Of a stretch of DNA of 64,000 nt, positions 11,094-23,582 are shown piece by piece. The DNA is from Dipteris shenzhenensis. Its lineage: Eukaryota. The notes beneath the pieces were generated by a model. The model was given only the letters and a program-made list of their open reading frames with translations. It made no database searches and was not told where the DNA came from. Both the position numbers and the translations under genes were made by a program. The stretch is from the NCBI GenBank assembly GCA_047967505.1, contig CM106538.1; one strand, given 5' to 3'. Every line of letters begins with the position of its first letter. The first letter of the stretch is position 1.

Positions 11094-13099
11094 GTGAGCT
11101 ATTTTAAGTCAACGTATTATTTCTTATTTTACCAAGTTGTGATCCCTACCATATGCTGAGATTAGCACCTTCACTACTGCACAAATAGCTTAACGTTTCC
11201 TTTCCAAAGGTATACATGAATGTATTTTTGTGCATGCAAATGTTTGCAGGCTCTGATTGTGGAGGTTCTTTAAGTTCTAGAGTCTTTGTTGTATTCCTCT
11301 GCCTTGCACTTTAGCGGAAGTGTGCATACAAGGAATGTTTGTTGAATTTGGTTTTTGCAATGATAACTTTACCCTGGCTTGGCATAAGCTGCTGTGAAGA
11401 TGTTTTCCCCAAATAAACTCAAAAAGTGTTGTTGTATAGTCCATAAAGTTGTTGAAGAGTTATCATGGACATGAAAGTGCCTTGTACATTTGAAATAAGG
11501 TCGCTGAATGGAGATAACTTATGTGTGTATATCACATGGTTAAACAACGTCCAATTCAGCCTCAAATAAAATAAAACAATGGAAAGTAGCATTTGTTGGA
11601 GCTATAATATAACTTAGATAAACTAAGAAAGAAGAGACTCCGTGGGTCTTTAGAAACCCAGTATAGCTGCTTATGCTTGGCAGCACTGATGACGACATAA
11701 GTGTTGCTTTGCTTGCTAAGTATGTCTTCCTTTTGTTTTTCATAAAATCTTTTGTTTACCTCTTTTTTCTTCTCTTTCATTTTCTCTTTTATTTTTTGTG
11801 TAGATTTTTGATCTTTAGAATCTAAATTTGTATGATTGGACTTATTCTACTCTTCCAAAGGTATATATAAGAAAGATGAGACAACTCAATAAAGTTGCGG
11901 ATGCTATTTGCAGTCGTGTGACAGGTAACATGCTAAAATGTTAGTTGACATGGCAAGCATGGTGTGACTCAACCATAGGTTGAGTTAGTAGGTGTGTGCG
12001 CTCTTAACGGTAGTTAATGGTCGAGTTAGGGTTTTATCTTGTTGACACCCTTTTCACACTCACTCCATTTTGAATTTGATGAGTTTTTCATCCAGCTACT
12101 TGCATTCTTGCTCGCATGCCTCCGTTCACTTTCAGCTCTGTTTGTCCATCTGATTCAGGATGATAAGATAACTCATGTTGAGCTTAGTGTCCAATTTCTT
12201 GAACACTAGACGCTTTTGGGATCCAGGTCACTAATGATCTCAACTGGTAACCCACTACCCACACGGCATCTTGCCCATGGCTGCATGGCAATCCAACAAT
12301 AAAGGCCATGGAGATACTTTCCCATTTCATATCTAGGATGTCAAATGGATGCAGCTAGCCACCTTTTCTCAACTATTTTGCCTTTTTGACTTGGCTTTGC
12401 TTCCATTCTTGGCCCTAACATTCTATATCAGTCCGCATGTGCGGCCAATAAAAATCTTGCTTGACTAAAGCCAACATCCGTTGAATACGAGGGTGTCCCA
12501 CACAAGGGGTGTTACGACATTCAAAAATGACTTTCTTCCTCATATCCTTGACATCTAACAAGCATACTAGCTTTTCGGAATAAGACATCATTCCGCATAG
12601 AATACTTATCTTAGATTTCTTTCCGCTCAGGCCATCTTGTCATTCAGCCACGTAGATCCGATGCATTATATAAGTAACCTAGTGATGTGCTGTCAACACA
12701 CTGCAATCTTGAAGCAATAAAGATAATGCCTCTATTTCTTTAAAGCATGCGCAAGGGCATAAAGCTCTTTCTCATGTGTAGGATACGTGACCTATACCAA
12801 AATCAGCTTTTGGCTTACAAAAGCTACAAGTCTTAGCTCCTTAAACAGTGCTGCTCCAATGGCACGATCACAAGCATCTATCTCAACCCCAAATGGCTTG
12901 CTCGGATCTACAAATAAGCAACATTGGCACAATGGTTACTGCAGATCCTCAAAGCATGGATCTAGATCATTTTTCCAGACCGTGGTCTCGTAATTAAACT
13001 TTCTTTTTTTTTAAATCTTTCAAAAAATAAGACTGGTACCATGATGACAACATGATGATAAACTTTCCAGATACGAACAAAAAATGGCATTCATCATTT

Positions 13100-13960
13100 G
13101 TTGGAAATTAGCAGGTATATTAGTGGGCTCAAAGGACAGCACCAAGAACTCATAATGGTTGTATCGTGTACAGAAACTTGTCTTAGCGACATCTTCCTCC
13201 CTAATGGGCCAAATTGAGGTATCGGTATGAGAGGGTGCACCACAAAATTATAATTGGTGTTGTGACGAAGGCAAGAGGGTCCCATAATGCACTCGACTAT
13301 ATTGTGACCAATTGAATGAGGGTAGCATGTTTCACTTTTTAAACCTGGCCATCTGTGTAGTTTGTTATAGAGGAGTAGGTCGTGATTGGTGCACATATCT
13401 AGCAGATGTCTCCTATACTTTGTGATGGGAATTTATGATGTGTGTCCTTTGATCTATGGTTGAATTGACGAGTTGTAGGTTGGATAGTTCTAAAACATCA
13501 ATGCATCTCTGATTCGGGCAATGAAGTCCCCCATGAATAGTACCTCCCCTAGTTGTCTATAGCTCTGGATGTTGTCATAAAGTACCAAGAAAGGTGAGAC
13601 TTGCCCTCTACCTAAGTTTATCCCGGCATAGTTATATGTGTGTCAGCATGCTACAACCTATACGTATGTGATTTGGTGTCTCATAAATTGGATCCATATA
13701 TATCGGTCATGTTTATCCATACTAGTTGACTATGATCTGTGTCTGTAAGTGGTATCAAAATAGAATTGCCACTCCTCGTGAGCCTTCCACACATCCATCT
13801 ATGCGAGCCTTTGACCTGAAAGTGGAGTGCAATGTATACCCTTGTACTATGGGTAATACTCTCTTTAGTCTTTCGTGTGTCTTAGTGATAATTATGAGAT
13901 CTTATCCCGAAAAGATTCATGGAGCAGCCCTATTATTACCATTTTACCTTGTTCTTTGTA
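13100..13960 (-). mobile_element. Old LINE endonuclease remnant
   Basis: Minus strand reads GEVLFMGDFIARI at about 13510-13550; the surrounding sequence has weak resemblance to the EN at 3.7-4.5 kb. Confidence 0.55.
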
Positions 13961-14359
13961 TAGCATAAATGTGACGGGCTGACCGCATTGAATCCAACAA
14001 TCTTCTCCTGTGAGACCGTACTGAATGTAACCTCTCTTCTATTCGTCTCACCATCTTCTGTATCCACTCAACCAAGAACTTAAGGATCTATTCTTGAGCA
14101 AGGGAAAAATAGCTTAATCAAATAATCCATGCATTATCCCAGACCATGACACAATTGATGGATCTTAACCAATGTGCCCCAAGGAAGAAAATCATTTAAA
14201 AAGCAAGAAGTAGGGGTAAATTAGCAAAGCCATCCTTTTCCCATCTATTTAAAATTGAGAGTTGACCATCTATGCATCACTCACAGTGTCCCATAACCAA
14301 GATTCAGTCTATCATCTAATGGCGGAGGACCTGTTGACTAGACTTGGCCGAGGACATGA

Positions 14360-15052
14360 CCGGTACCACAACATGACCGGACCTACTGTGGTACGGGACG
14401 GGACCAGGACCTCCTTTTGTGTGGGATTGGAGCACGACCTCATATGGTATAAGATTGGACCAAGTTACCTGTGGTACATGACAGAGAAGCGATGTGGACA
14501 TATCTAGCCCACCGCCAGCAATCATCTCGCCGTCCAGTCCCAAGGAGAGCACAACAGCCACAGCGCCGTCTAGCCCCAGGGAGAGGACAACATCCACCAA
14601 TACATCCAGGCCAAAGAGGTCCTCCTCCAGTGAAGAGGTATAGGTTTAAACCAGGCACCGTGGTACTTCAAGAGATACGGAAGCACCAAAAGTCTGTGGA
14701 GCTCCTCATCCCAAAGGCAAGCTTTGCAAGGGTAGTGCGCGAGGTCATATAGGACCTCAACCAAAGCGCAATGTCTAGGTGGTACAGGAGAGGGATAGTA
14801 AAGGCCCCTCGGCATATTTTGGTAGATGCCCGTCAAGGAGTCACTGCCGATGTAGAAGCCAAATTATCATAAGAGATATCGTGGGTGAGCGGTATCCTGG
14901 AGAGGGAGGACCATCCACCAATGGGGAGGGAGAAGTATCATAGCAGTCAATGGAGGGACTGCCAGAGATGAGAGACGGGAGGTATCATTGTGGTGATGCC
15001 TAATGGAATGTGGAGTGCTCTGAATGCAAGAGGATTTGTGACTAATATGTAA
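14360..15052 (+). pseudogene. Intronless, decayed CENH3-like / histone H3-fold ORF
   Basis: 14633-14782 reads [49 protein letters not shown]. It is preceded by an R/Q/P-rich tail. TATTTAAA at 14246, TAA at 15050-15052, AATAAA at 15075. In-frame stops are present. Confidence 0.75.
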
Positions 15053-15387
15053 TCCCTTTCAGTGTCTTCCAAGTAATAAAGAAATACCGAAGGCCAATCT
15101 GTGTCCTTGGTCTTGATCAAAAGCAATCTAGCTCCCAATTTGTATTTGAAATATTTGTTGAGTTTTATTAATGTGAAAGCATTGGGTGGTTAATTGTCTT
15201 TTCTTTACTACCCTCTTGTTGGCCTTGAGGCTAGTGTCACTCCATCTGTTCTTCTTGTAAGCTGTCGTGCCCTTCGAGGAGTATCTGGCTACTGTAGGCT
15301 GCCTCAGGCTGTTGGGCACTTTGTGGGGAGGCCTAAGGTGGCCCCTGAGTAAACGGCACTGTGGTCCAACTAATAGTGCCTTGAATA

Positions 15388-18300
15388 TGTTAGAATTATT
15401 ATTATATTCTAGCAGTGACCAATGCAATGTAATAAGTAGGTTAGGGACACTTTTCCCTCTTTAGAGGTTTTTTCCCTTGACCCCAGTTAGTTCACTAACT
15501 ACAGTTAGTGAAGGATAAGGTTTTGTCACCTAGACAAAACCTTTCCCTTGCTTTTGTATTACTTCATCTATTGCAACTTACGTTCAACACTCTCTTGCTC
15601 TCTCTCTTTTCCTTCATTTGGTATCAGAGCAGAGTCTGCTTGACCTTCTTCCTGCTCAACAGCCCCTTGCCTCCAGCTCTCATCCGTACAGCCCGTCCGT
15701 ACAATCTGTACGGATTGATTCCGTACAGCCGTATAGCAGCCCATGCTTCAGTTGTCAAGCTCAGGAAGCTCCTACTCCCGTACAGCCATGCATTCCATAC
15801 CTTGTCCGTATAGGTGCTGTGCATCGCCCGTACAGTTCGTCGTACAGTTGCGCCTTTAGTCCGTACTGCCGTACAGCTGCGCCAACAGAGTCGTGGCAGC
15901 CGTACAGCCGGCATTTCGTACATATGCTCCAGGACCGTACTGCGTTCCGTCGTACGAATCAGCGTCGTATTCCGTACATGCAGCTGGCCGTACAGTACCT
16001 GCACTAGCCCATACATATGCGCCTTCGTACATCCGTCGTACTGTTCCGTACATCTATTGTCAGCGCACGGTACAGGTATCCATACACTATACAGATTCCG
16101 TACACACTCTTGCATTCAGCACATTTGCAGGAGTCCGTACTTCCTTTGGTGCATTTACAGGTTTTCTGAGCAGGTATCTTTGTTTGCAGAGAAATTGGGA
16201 CCTCTGGATGATTTGCAGGCACATTGCAAGTTTGGGGCTTTTGTTCATTTTTTGGCACACATTGCAAGCAAATTGCAAAGATTGGCTAAGAAATTGGGGC
16301 TTTTGCACGAGATACTATTTGGGTGAAATTTGGCTCAATTTCAGCTCAAAATTTGGGGCTTTTAGTTTTGCACTACAATTTCTTGCGTCTTTGGGGCTTT
16401 TAGGCAATTTGCCCTCTTGTGGATGCAATTTCCCTGAAGAAATTGGGGCTTTTGGCATTCGGATGCAATTTGGCAGTGTAAAAGCATTTTGAGGGTTTTG
16501 CAGGCAGTTTTGGAGAGCATTTGCAGGATAGTTGAAGTGCACTTTGAGCCTTTGACAGGCTGTGACAATATTTGTCACTGTGGGCAGATTTGTCTTTGCA
16601 GATTTTACTTGTGCATTTTATATCCCAGGAAGGGATTTCACTTGATCAGTCTGCTGTTTTTTTTTGAGATTATGTGGTGAATATGGCTCAGAACAACTCC
16701 AATGAAGTGTTCGGGGTTCTCACATAGGAAGATAAGTTGGATGGCACCAACTACTCCTTGTGGAGTTTCATGGTTCGCAATATCTTGGTTGGCAGATATC
16801 TTTGGGATTATGTCAATGGAGATGAAGCAAGACTAGATACAACAACTACACCTGTCACTCCTACAGCTAGAGGCAGGGGTAGAGGAACAAATGCAGCACA
16901 AGTAGTTGGAGCAGCCGTTCCAGGAGCTCCCACAGTAGAGCAGAAAAGATGGGACTTTAGAGATGCACAAGCTCTTTCAGTAATTTCTCTTTCTGTCTAT
17001 ACCTCATATTCGGTCATGCAAGACATCTATGGCAGCTTGGGAGATACTAGAAAGTATGTTTGCAGCAAGAAATGATGCCAAGGTTTCCTTTCTGAAGCGA
17101 GAACTTTCCCATACGCATATGGAGGAGGAAAATTCCATGAATTCTCACCTCACAAGGCTTCAGGACCTTAGGGAACAATTGCTGAATATTGATGAAGTCA
17201 TTCCGGATTCAGAGATGATCACGACCACTCTGAACTCTCTTCTTGAGTCCTATCTCGGTTTCCACACCTCGCCGAATTTGTCATTGAGGGGGGGCAGCAA
17301 TCCTCTCTCCTTTCATGAGTTGGTAGGACTTCTGTTGCAGGAGGAACAAACTCGCAGAAATATGGCAACCCGGGCTGGCGAGCATGCTATGCTCTCCAAG
17401 TTCAAGTCCAAGGGTAAAGGGCAGTAAAAGCCACATGCCAATTAGCCCACACATCAGCATAAAGCTGATTTTGGACAGCCTTCTTATAAGGCAAAGGGTG
17501 ACACAAATAAGCAGAAAAAGAAGGGCATCTGTCATTATTGCAAGAAGCCAGGTCATTATATTGGAGAGTGCAAGAGGCACATAGCCAAAGAGAAGAAAAT
17601 GGATTCCGGTATGGCTGTGTCAAATGCATCAGTTCCACATTCTCATGATGGAGGAGATGTTGCAGCCAACTTTGTTGAAGAGCACTGTGCCTTTCTGTCT
17701 TACACTTCAGATTTTTCAGTGGGTAGTTCTGATATTATAGGCACTAATAATGATGACCCGTATGCTTTCTTGACTTGCAGTTATGATCCTTAAAAGGATG
17801 CATGCTCTTTTAGCGTTGATGAGACACTTCATACTTGGTATTTTGACAGTGGTGCTTCAAAGCACATCACTTCCAGAGTCTGTTTGTATCTTTGCATTCT
17901 CCACCCACAAAAAAGAAGGCAACTTGTGCGAATAATTCTTCTTATTTAGTGTGTGGAGTGGGAGACATTATTCAAAAATTGATGCCTTTCTAACCAGCAA
18001 GGGGCTGCACAATAGTCCAACTGAGAGCACCCTCTACATCAAGAAGGATGGGGGGGATATTTTGGTCATCATTCTTTATGTAGATGACATGCTGCTTACC
18101 GGATCAAATGAGGAAGTAATTGCAGATTTCAAAGTCCAATTGAAAGCTACATTTGATATGTCAAAGACTTGGGCTTGTTACATTTCTTTTTGGGGATCCA
18201 GTTTATTCAAGAGAAACATGGCATTGTTATGTCTCAGTCCAAGTATGTTCAAGAGCTCTTGGACAGATTCAACATGCATGATTGCAAGCCTATGTCTACT

Positions 18301-19120
18301 CCCATGGAGCCGGGGTTGAAGCTTACAATGCATGATGCAGGTGAATCAATTGATGTCACACTCTATAGCCAGGCTGTCGGATGCCTCATTTATCTCTGCA
18401 ATACACGACCTGATATTAAGTTTTCAGTTTCTCAGGTGAGTAGGTATATGCACAGCCCAAAGATTATGCATTGGCAGGCTGAAAAACGCATCGTCCGTTA
18501 CTTGCAAGGTACAAAGTCTTTTGGCTTGATGTTTCCTAGGGGGGGTGACTTGCAAATGCATGCTTACAGTGACTCAGATTGGGATGGAGACTATGATACT
18601 AGGCAGTCCACCAGTGGGAATTGTTTCTTTCTAGGACATGCTTGCATTTCTTGGTTGAGCAAGAAACAATCTACAGTGGTCGGAGGGTCCTTCTTCGATT
18701 CTCACTGATAGTCAGAGTGCTATAGCAGTGGCAAAGAATCTTGTGTTTCATGCTCGCACGAAGCACATTGAGGTTCACTATCACTATGTCAAAGAGAAGT
18801 TGCATGCAGGAGAGATCAGTATGATCTCTGTGTCAACACATGACAATGTATCATTTCCTTGAACATGACATTGGCACTGCAGGGGGGTGTTAGAATTATT
18901 ATTATATTCTAGCAGCGACCAATGCAATGTAATAAGTAGGTTAGGGGCACTTTTCCCTCTTTAGAGTTTTTTCCCCTTGACCCCAGTTAGTTCACTAACT
19001 AGGGTTAGTGAAGGATAAGGTTTTGTCACTTAGACAAAACCTTTCCCCTGCTTTTGTTTTATTTACTTCATCTATTGCAACTTACGTTCAACACTCTCTT
19101 GCTCTCTCTCTTTTCCTTCA
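15388..19120 (+). mobile_element. Ty1/Copia LTR retrotransposon, internally deleted (no integrase)
   Basis: LTRs 15388-15616 and 18888-19120 (TG..CA, about 96% identical by eye). TSD GAATA on both sides. PBS TGGTATCAGAGC at 15619, PPT GCAGGGGGG. gag LDGTNYSLW, CCHC CHYCKKPGHYIGEC, protease WYFDSGAS fused at about 17968 to RT YSKIDAFL...LYVDDML, RNase H AYSDSDW. Confidence 0.96.
15683..16140 (+). promoter_or_regulatory. Dense CGTAC(A) motif array in the Copia leader (putative SBP/SPL sites)
   Basis: About 20 CGTAC copies in about 460 bp, plus CATAC/CGTAT decay variants. The function is inferred. Confidence 0.5.
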
Positions 19121-19641
19121 GAATAGGCTGCTATTTCAGGAACTTAACGAAGGCAAGGGGCTAGGAGGAGAAGGGGCTGATTCGTGTTTTTTTTTTTCCC
19201 CGGGGGGGGGGGGGATGGAGTAAGGGGCGACTGAGGAAGTCTAAAGAGTCCCATAAGACTAAAACCCCGCATTGGGGAAGTAGAGGTGTCTAGCACCCCC
19301 CAAGGGGTCTAATGGAAACTAAACTGAAAAACACTTATATAGAATGTCTGCTGGTCTTGAAGGAATCGTGTCAATGATGCTAAATGAGGAAATGTGACTG
19401 TCCCACCATCTGCCATACGGAAATGAGCTCTTTGTGGGCCCAATTGGGGTCCCATTGGGAGTCTTGGTGTTGTATTGTTGGCATCGAATGCCATCATGAA
19501 CTCGCTTCGCACAGTGATGCTGCTATGAAGGTGCTGTGATGGGACGCGAGTTTGTAGGCTCTGTGCAAGTCTCTAGCAGGTTTGGAGCCTTTTGAGAATA
19601 TAGGACTAGCTTTGTCCTTTCTATGCACTGCTGTAAGCGCA

Positions 19642-22600
19642 TGTGATCCTGTCTACAATGGTAGAGGCCCTGTTCGTCCTCGTAATCTTTGACCAAAAAA
19701 TGAGTTGTAGCCTGAAAATGGTGTCATCTCATCAAGCGTGGAGCTTTGAGTCGAGAATAATTCGGGGGGTGTGTGCAAAATAAAGACGCAGCTCTTCGTG
19801 TTTGTTTCTCGGGAGAACTGACCTTGACAACAACCCTTGGTCTGGCAAGAAGGGCTCACATGGCAGCACCTTCAAACCCCACTTTGGTTAAGATTAAGCT
19901 CTCTCCACAAGACAAGCAGCAGGTCAAGTTTGAAGTAGAGCCTTTGAAACCGGCCTCTAATCACTCAGAGGGTAGTGGAACTAAACCTTTAATCACTTCA
20001 GCACTTATTTACAGCTCACAAAGCATATATCACAACCATTAACCATTGCATGATCACCATTTGGCATTTACACATTTGTTCACAAACAAAACCACTGAAA
20101 AAGGGATGGAGGCTAGAATGCCCCTGCTCAACAAACATAGACAAGTGCACCCGATTGGCCCCAAACACCGTGGCGCCCCTTTCGGAATTTTTTTATATTT
20201 CACAGTGAAATGATTACAATTTGCATCTGGGAGACCTTCCGTGCAACTGAGCACGCAGCCCCAATTCACTAAGCCTTCGCAAGGCTTTCAAGCATAGAAC
20301 ACCATCAGATAAGTGCACTTAACCCATAGGCTCAACCCAAAGGCATTCTCTTTTCTGAGTGCAATTCCATTGGCTATCCAGATGCAATCACACTGCACCC
20401 CAGCTGCACTCTCTTTGAGTGGTTTCCAGATGGCATTCACAAAGCTTTTCAAAGCTCCAAAATAAAATCAGCAAAGTACCCAACCAAAGAATGACTCATG
20501 TAGCACTGCTTGGGCACCTGTGAGCCAAGAAAGAGGCGGCATGCGAAACCAACCAATAGCTTATGGCAAAAAGAAATTGCAGCAGCAAAATCACAACTCA
20601 CCAAGTCCTGAAAACTCGAACTAAGTCCTCAATCGCCAAGAGGACGTAGTAGCCAATGCCTAATTGCATTCTCAGCCAAAGAGGAGTGCAAAGGCATGAA
20701 GAAAGAGCATTTACAAGAGCCGACCAGCAAGAATTCCACTGAAAAATGTGAAAAGAAGCACTTCTGTCGTGAAGAAGTGGGAGTTCTTGGGCTCAAAAGA
20801 AGCGTGCTTCAGAGAGGAATGCATTGAGAAGGTTTTGGAGAAGTTTCATCGCCGAAAAGTCCTCCAAAACTGAGAAAAACCAGTCAACCAGCGGGTGGGA
20901 CCACTCGAAATTCAACAGAAAGCTGTAGCTTTGCAAGAGGAGAGGCCCAGGAGGCGGTAGAAGCAAAAAGGTCCAGAAGAAGCCACTTTTGCAAATTCGA
21001 CCAGCAAAAGAAGTGCTCAGCTCTGCCCGTTCTACCAAACGCACGGAGGGAAAAGCATATCACTACGAACGGGAGGCAGAGGGGAAGCCATCGGGCTAAA
21101 CGGAAGTTGAGGAATCCAAATGGGTGAGGAGTTATCAAGAAAAACGGAATTCAGTTGAAGGAGGCTGAAAAACCAGTCCAAAAATCTCAACAAAGGGAGA
21201 AGATGAGAGAGAAAACCACACATGTGAAGTTTAGAAGGCCCAGGAAGGTCCAAGAATGGCAAAGGAGCATGTAGAAGGCACTAGAGCCACCTGGAACTCT
21301 AGGGGGGGCCACTGAAGGTACATGGCCCTCTAGGGGCCCATTAAAAATGCCACATCATCATTTTCCAACAACCACTCTTTTAATTCCTTGGAATGCCTTT
21401 GGGCCTAGGGATTAATTACGCTTATGTGCTAGGCACCATGCTGCGTTTAATTACACATTATTAAGCCCACGCTTGGACTTTTAAAACCAAAGTTGTCACG
21501 GTCTTGTAGTACATTAAAGTACTTAGAATTTCACCCCCCCGTGACATACCCCTCTCTTGAAACAACAAAGCACAGTTTGCTGCTCCAAAACACAGGAGTG
21601 AGCATGAAATATAGCATGAAAGAGTATACAAGAAATCCGCAGCTTTAGTATACAGAGACAGTGAAAATATGGCTAGGAGAGACACGCATCCCTCCATATA
21701 CACTGCTCAAAATCTATGTGATCCTCGACGATCAATAGTCAAGATGCATCAATATCATGTAGTCTCACTGCAGAAATACTGTCAGCTCAGAATCTCGGAT
21801 GAAACACACGGTGTCATCAAGCGATCTCATGAAATCACGGTGAGCCCGTCTGTACGGAGGGAGTGGAGGTGCTACCCCCCTCTCGAACACCAGGTAATGC
21901 TCCAGACGCTCTGCTGAACTACCTGTAGGAGCCCAGACCGCAGTCGGCTCTAATTGGAAAGCATCAAGGTAAAGCTGCAATATCCTAGGTGAATCTGCCA
22001 GTTCACCTTCCTCCATCCATTTCGCATCAAGTGATGGGTAATTTTGAAACTTTACCAAGTAGCGACGGATAATTTTACCCTTGAGCTTTCTATCTCTGTG
22101 TGCCAAAATCGGCTCTGGGACCAGAAGTTCATCCAGTTCTTTCACAGTGAAATGATTACAAGTTGCATCTGGGAGACCTTCCTTGCAATTGAGCACGCAA
22201 CCCCAATTCACTAAGCCTTCGCAAGGCTTTCAAGCATAGAACACCATCACATAAGTGCACCTAACCCATAGGGTCAACCCAAAGGCATTCTCTTTTTCGA
22301 GTGCAATTCCATTGGCTGTCCAGATGCAATCACACTGCACCCCAGCTGCACTCTCTTTGAGTGGTTTCTAGATGGCATTCACAAAGCTTTTCAAAGCTCC
22401 AAAGTAAAATCAGCAAAGCACCCAACCAAAGAATGACTCATGTAGCACTGCTTGGGCACCTGTGAGCCAAGAAAGAGGCGGCACATGGAGCCAACCAATA
22501 GCTTATGGCAAAAAGAAATTGCAGCAGCAAAATCACAACTCACCAAGCCCTGAAAACTCGAACTAAGTCCTCAATCGCCAAGAGGACGTAGTAGCCAATG

Positions 22601-23582
22601 CCTAATTGCATTCTCAGCCAAAGAGTGTAAAGACATGAAGAAAGAGCATTTACAAGAGCCGACCAGCAAGAATTCCATTGAAAAATGTGAAAAGAAGCAC
22701 TTCTGTGGCGAAGAAGTGGGAGTTCTTGGGCTCAAAAGAAGCGTGCTTCAGAGAGGAATGCATTGAGAAGGTTTTGGAGAAGTTTCATCGCCGGAAAGTC
22801 CTCCAAAACTGAGAAAAACCAGTCAACCAGCGCGTGGGACCACGTGAAATTCAACAGAAAGCTGTAGCTTTGTAAGTGGAGAGGCCCAGGAGGCGGTAGA
22901 AGTAGAAAGGTCCATAAAAAGCCACTTTTGCAAATTCGACCAGCAAAAGAAGTGCTCAGCTCTGCCCGTTCTACCAAACGCATGGAGGGAAAAGCATATC
23001 ACTGCGAAGGGGAGGCAGAGGGGCTAAACGGAAGTCGAGGAATCCAGATGGGTGAGGAGTTATGAAGAAAAACGGAATTCAGCTGAAGGAGGCTGAAAAA
23101 CCAGTCCAAAATCTCAACAAAGGGAGAAGACGAGAGAGAAAACCACACGTGAAGTTTAGAAGGCCCAAGAAGGTCCAGGAATGGCAAAGGAGCATGTAGA
23201 AGGCACTAGAGCCACCTAGAACTCTAGGGGGGGCCACTGAAAGTACATGGCCCTCTAGGGGGCCCTTTAAAAATGCCACATCATCATTTTCCAACAACTA
23301 CTCTTTTAATTCCTTGGAATGCCTTTGGGCCTAGGGGTTAATTATTATGTGCTAGGCACCATGCCGCGTTTAATTACACATTATTAAGCCCACACTTGGA
23401 CTTTTAAAACCAAAGTTGTTACTATCAGCCTCAATCCTTTCTTTTTGGCTCTTGAGCTTTTCGTGCATTGGATTATGTATCCCATATGGAGCTTGCTCTA
23501 ACGGTTTTTCTTTAATACTTAATAGAAGTTGTCATGGTCTTGTTGTACATTAAAGTACTTGGAATTTCACGCCCCCGTGACA
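19642..23582 (-). mobile_element. Chromovirus-type Ty3/Gypsy deletion derivative: partial 5' LTR, chromodomain, PPT, long 3' LTR
   Basis: 20198-21546 is duplicated at 22140-23582, both ending GTGACA. Minus-strand PPT AAGAGAGGGGTA abuts 21546. Chromodomain ILAHRDRK..RYLVKFQNYPSLDAKWMEE at about 21950-22140. The left end is ambiguous (19535 or 19642) and there is no clean 5-bp TSD. Confidence 0.85.

Noticed and set aside
11900-13050. Possible old TE remnants (also 9000-9660, 1250-1430 and 55700-56350)
   Set aside because: Too degenerate to assign termini or protein motifs by eye.
14471-14752. Functional canonical histone H3 gene
   Set aside because: No ARTKQTARK tail, an in-frame TAG after alpha1, and no intact alpha2-alpha3.
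14915-14945. ATGGGGAGGGAG 12-mer shared with the RTEX 5' region (minus strand, about 36450), suggesting the CENH3-like ORF belongs to the LINE
   Set aside because: A short purine-rich match with no extension on either side; likely chance.
15618-16580. Many overlapping ORFs, or a CRISPR-like array, in the Copia leader
   Set aside because: The ORFs are by-products of the CGTAC motif array. The repeats are 5-7 bp with irregular spacing, there are no cas genes, and the context is eukaryotic.
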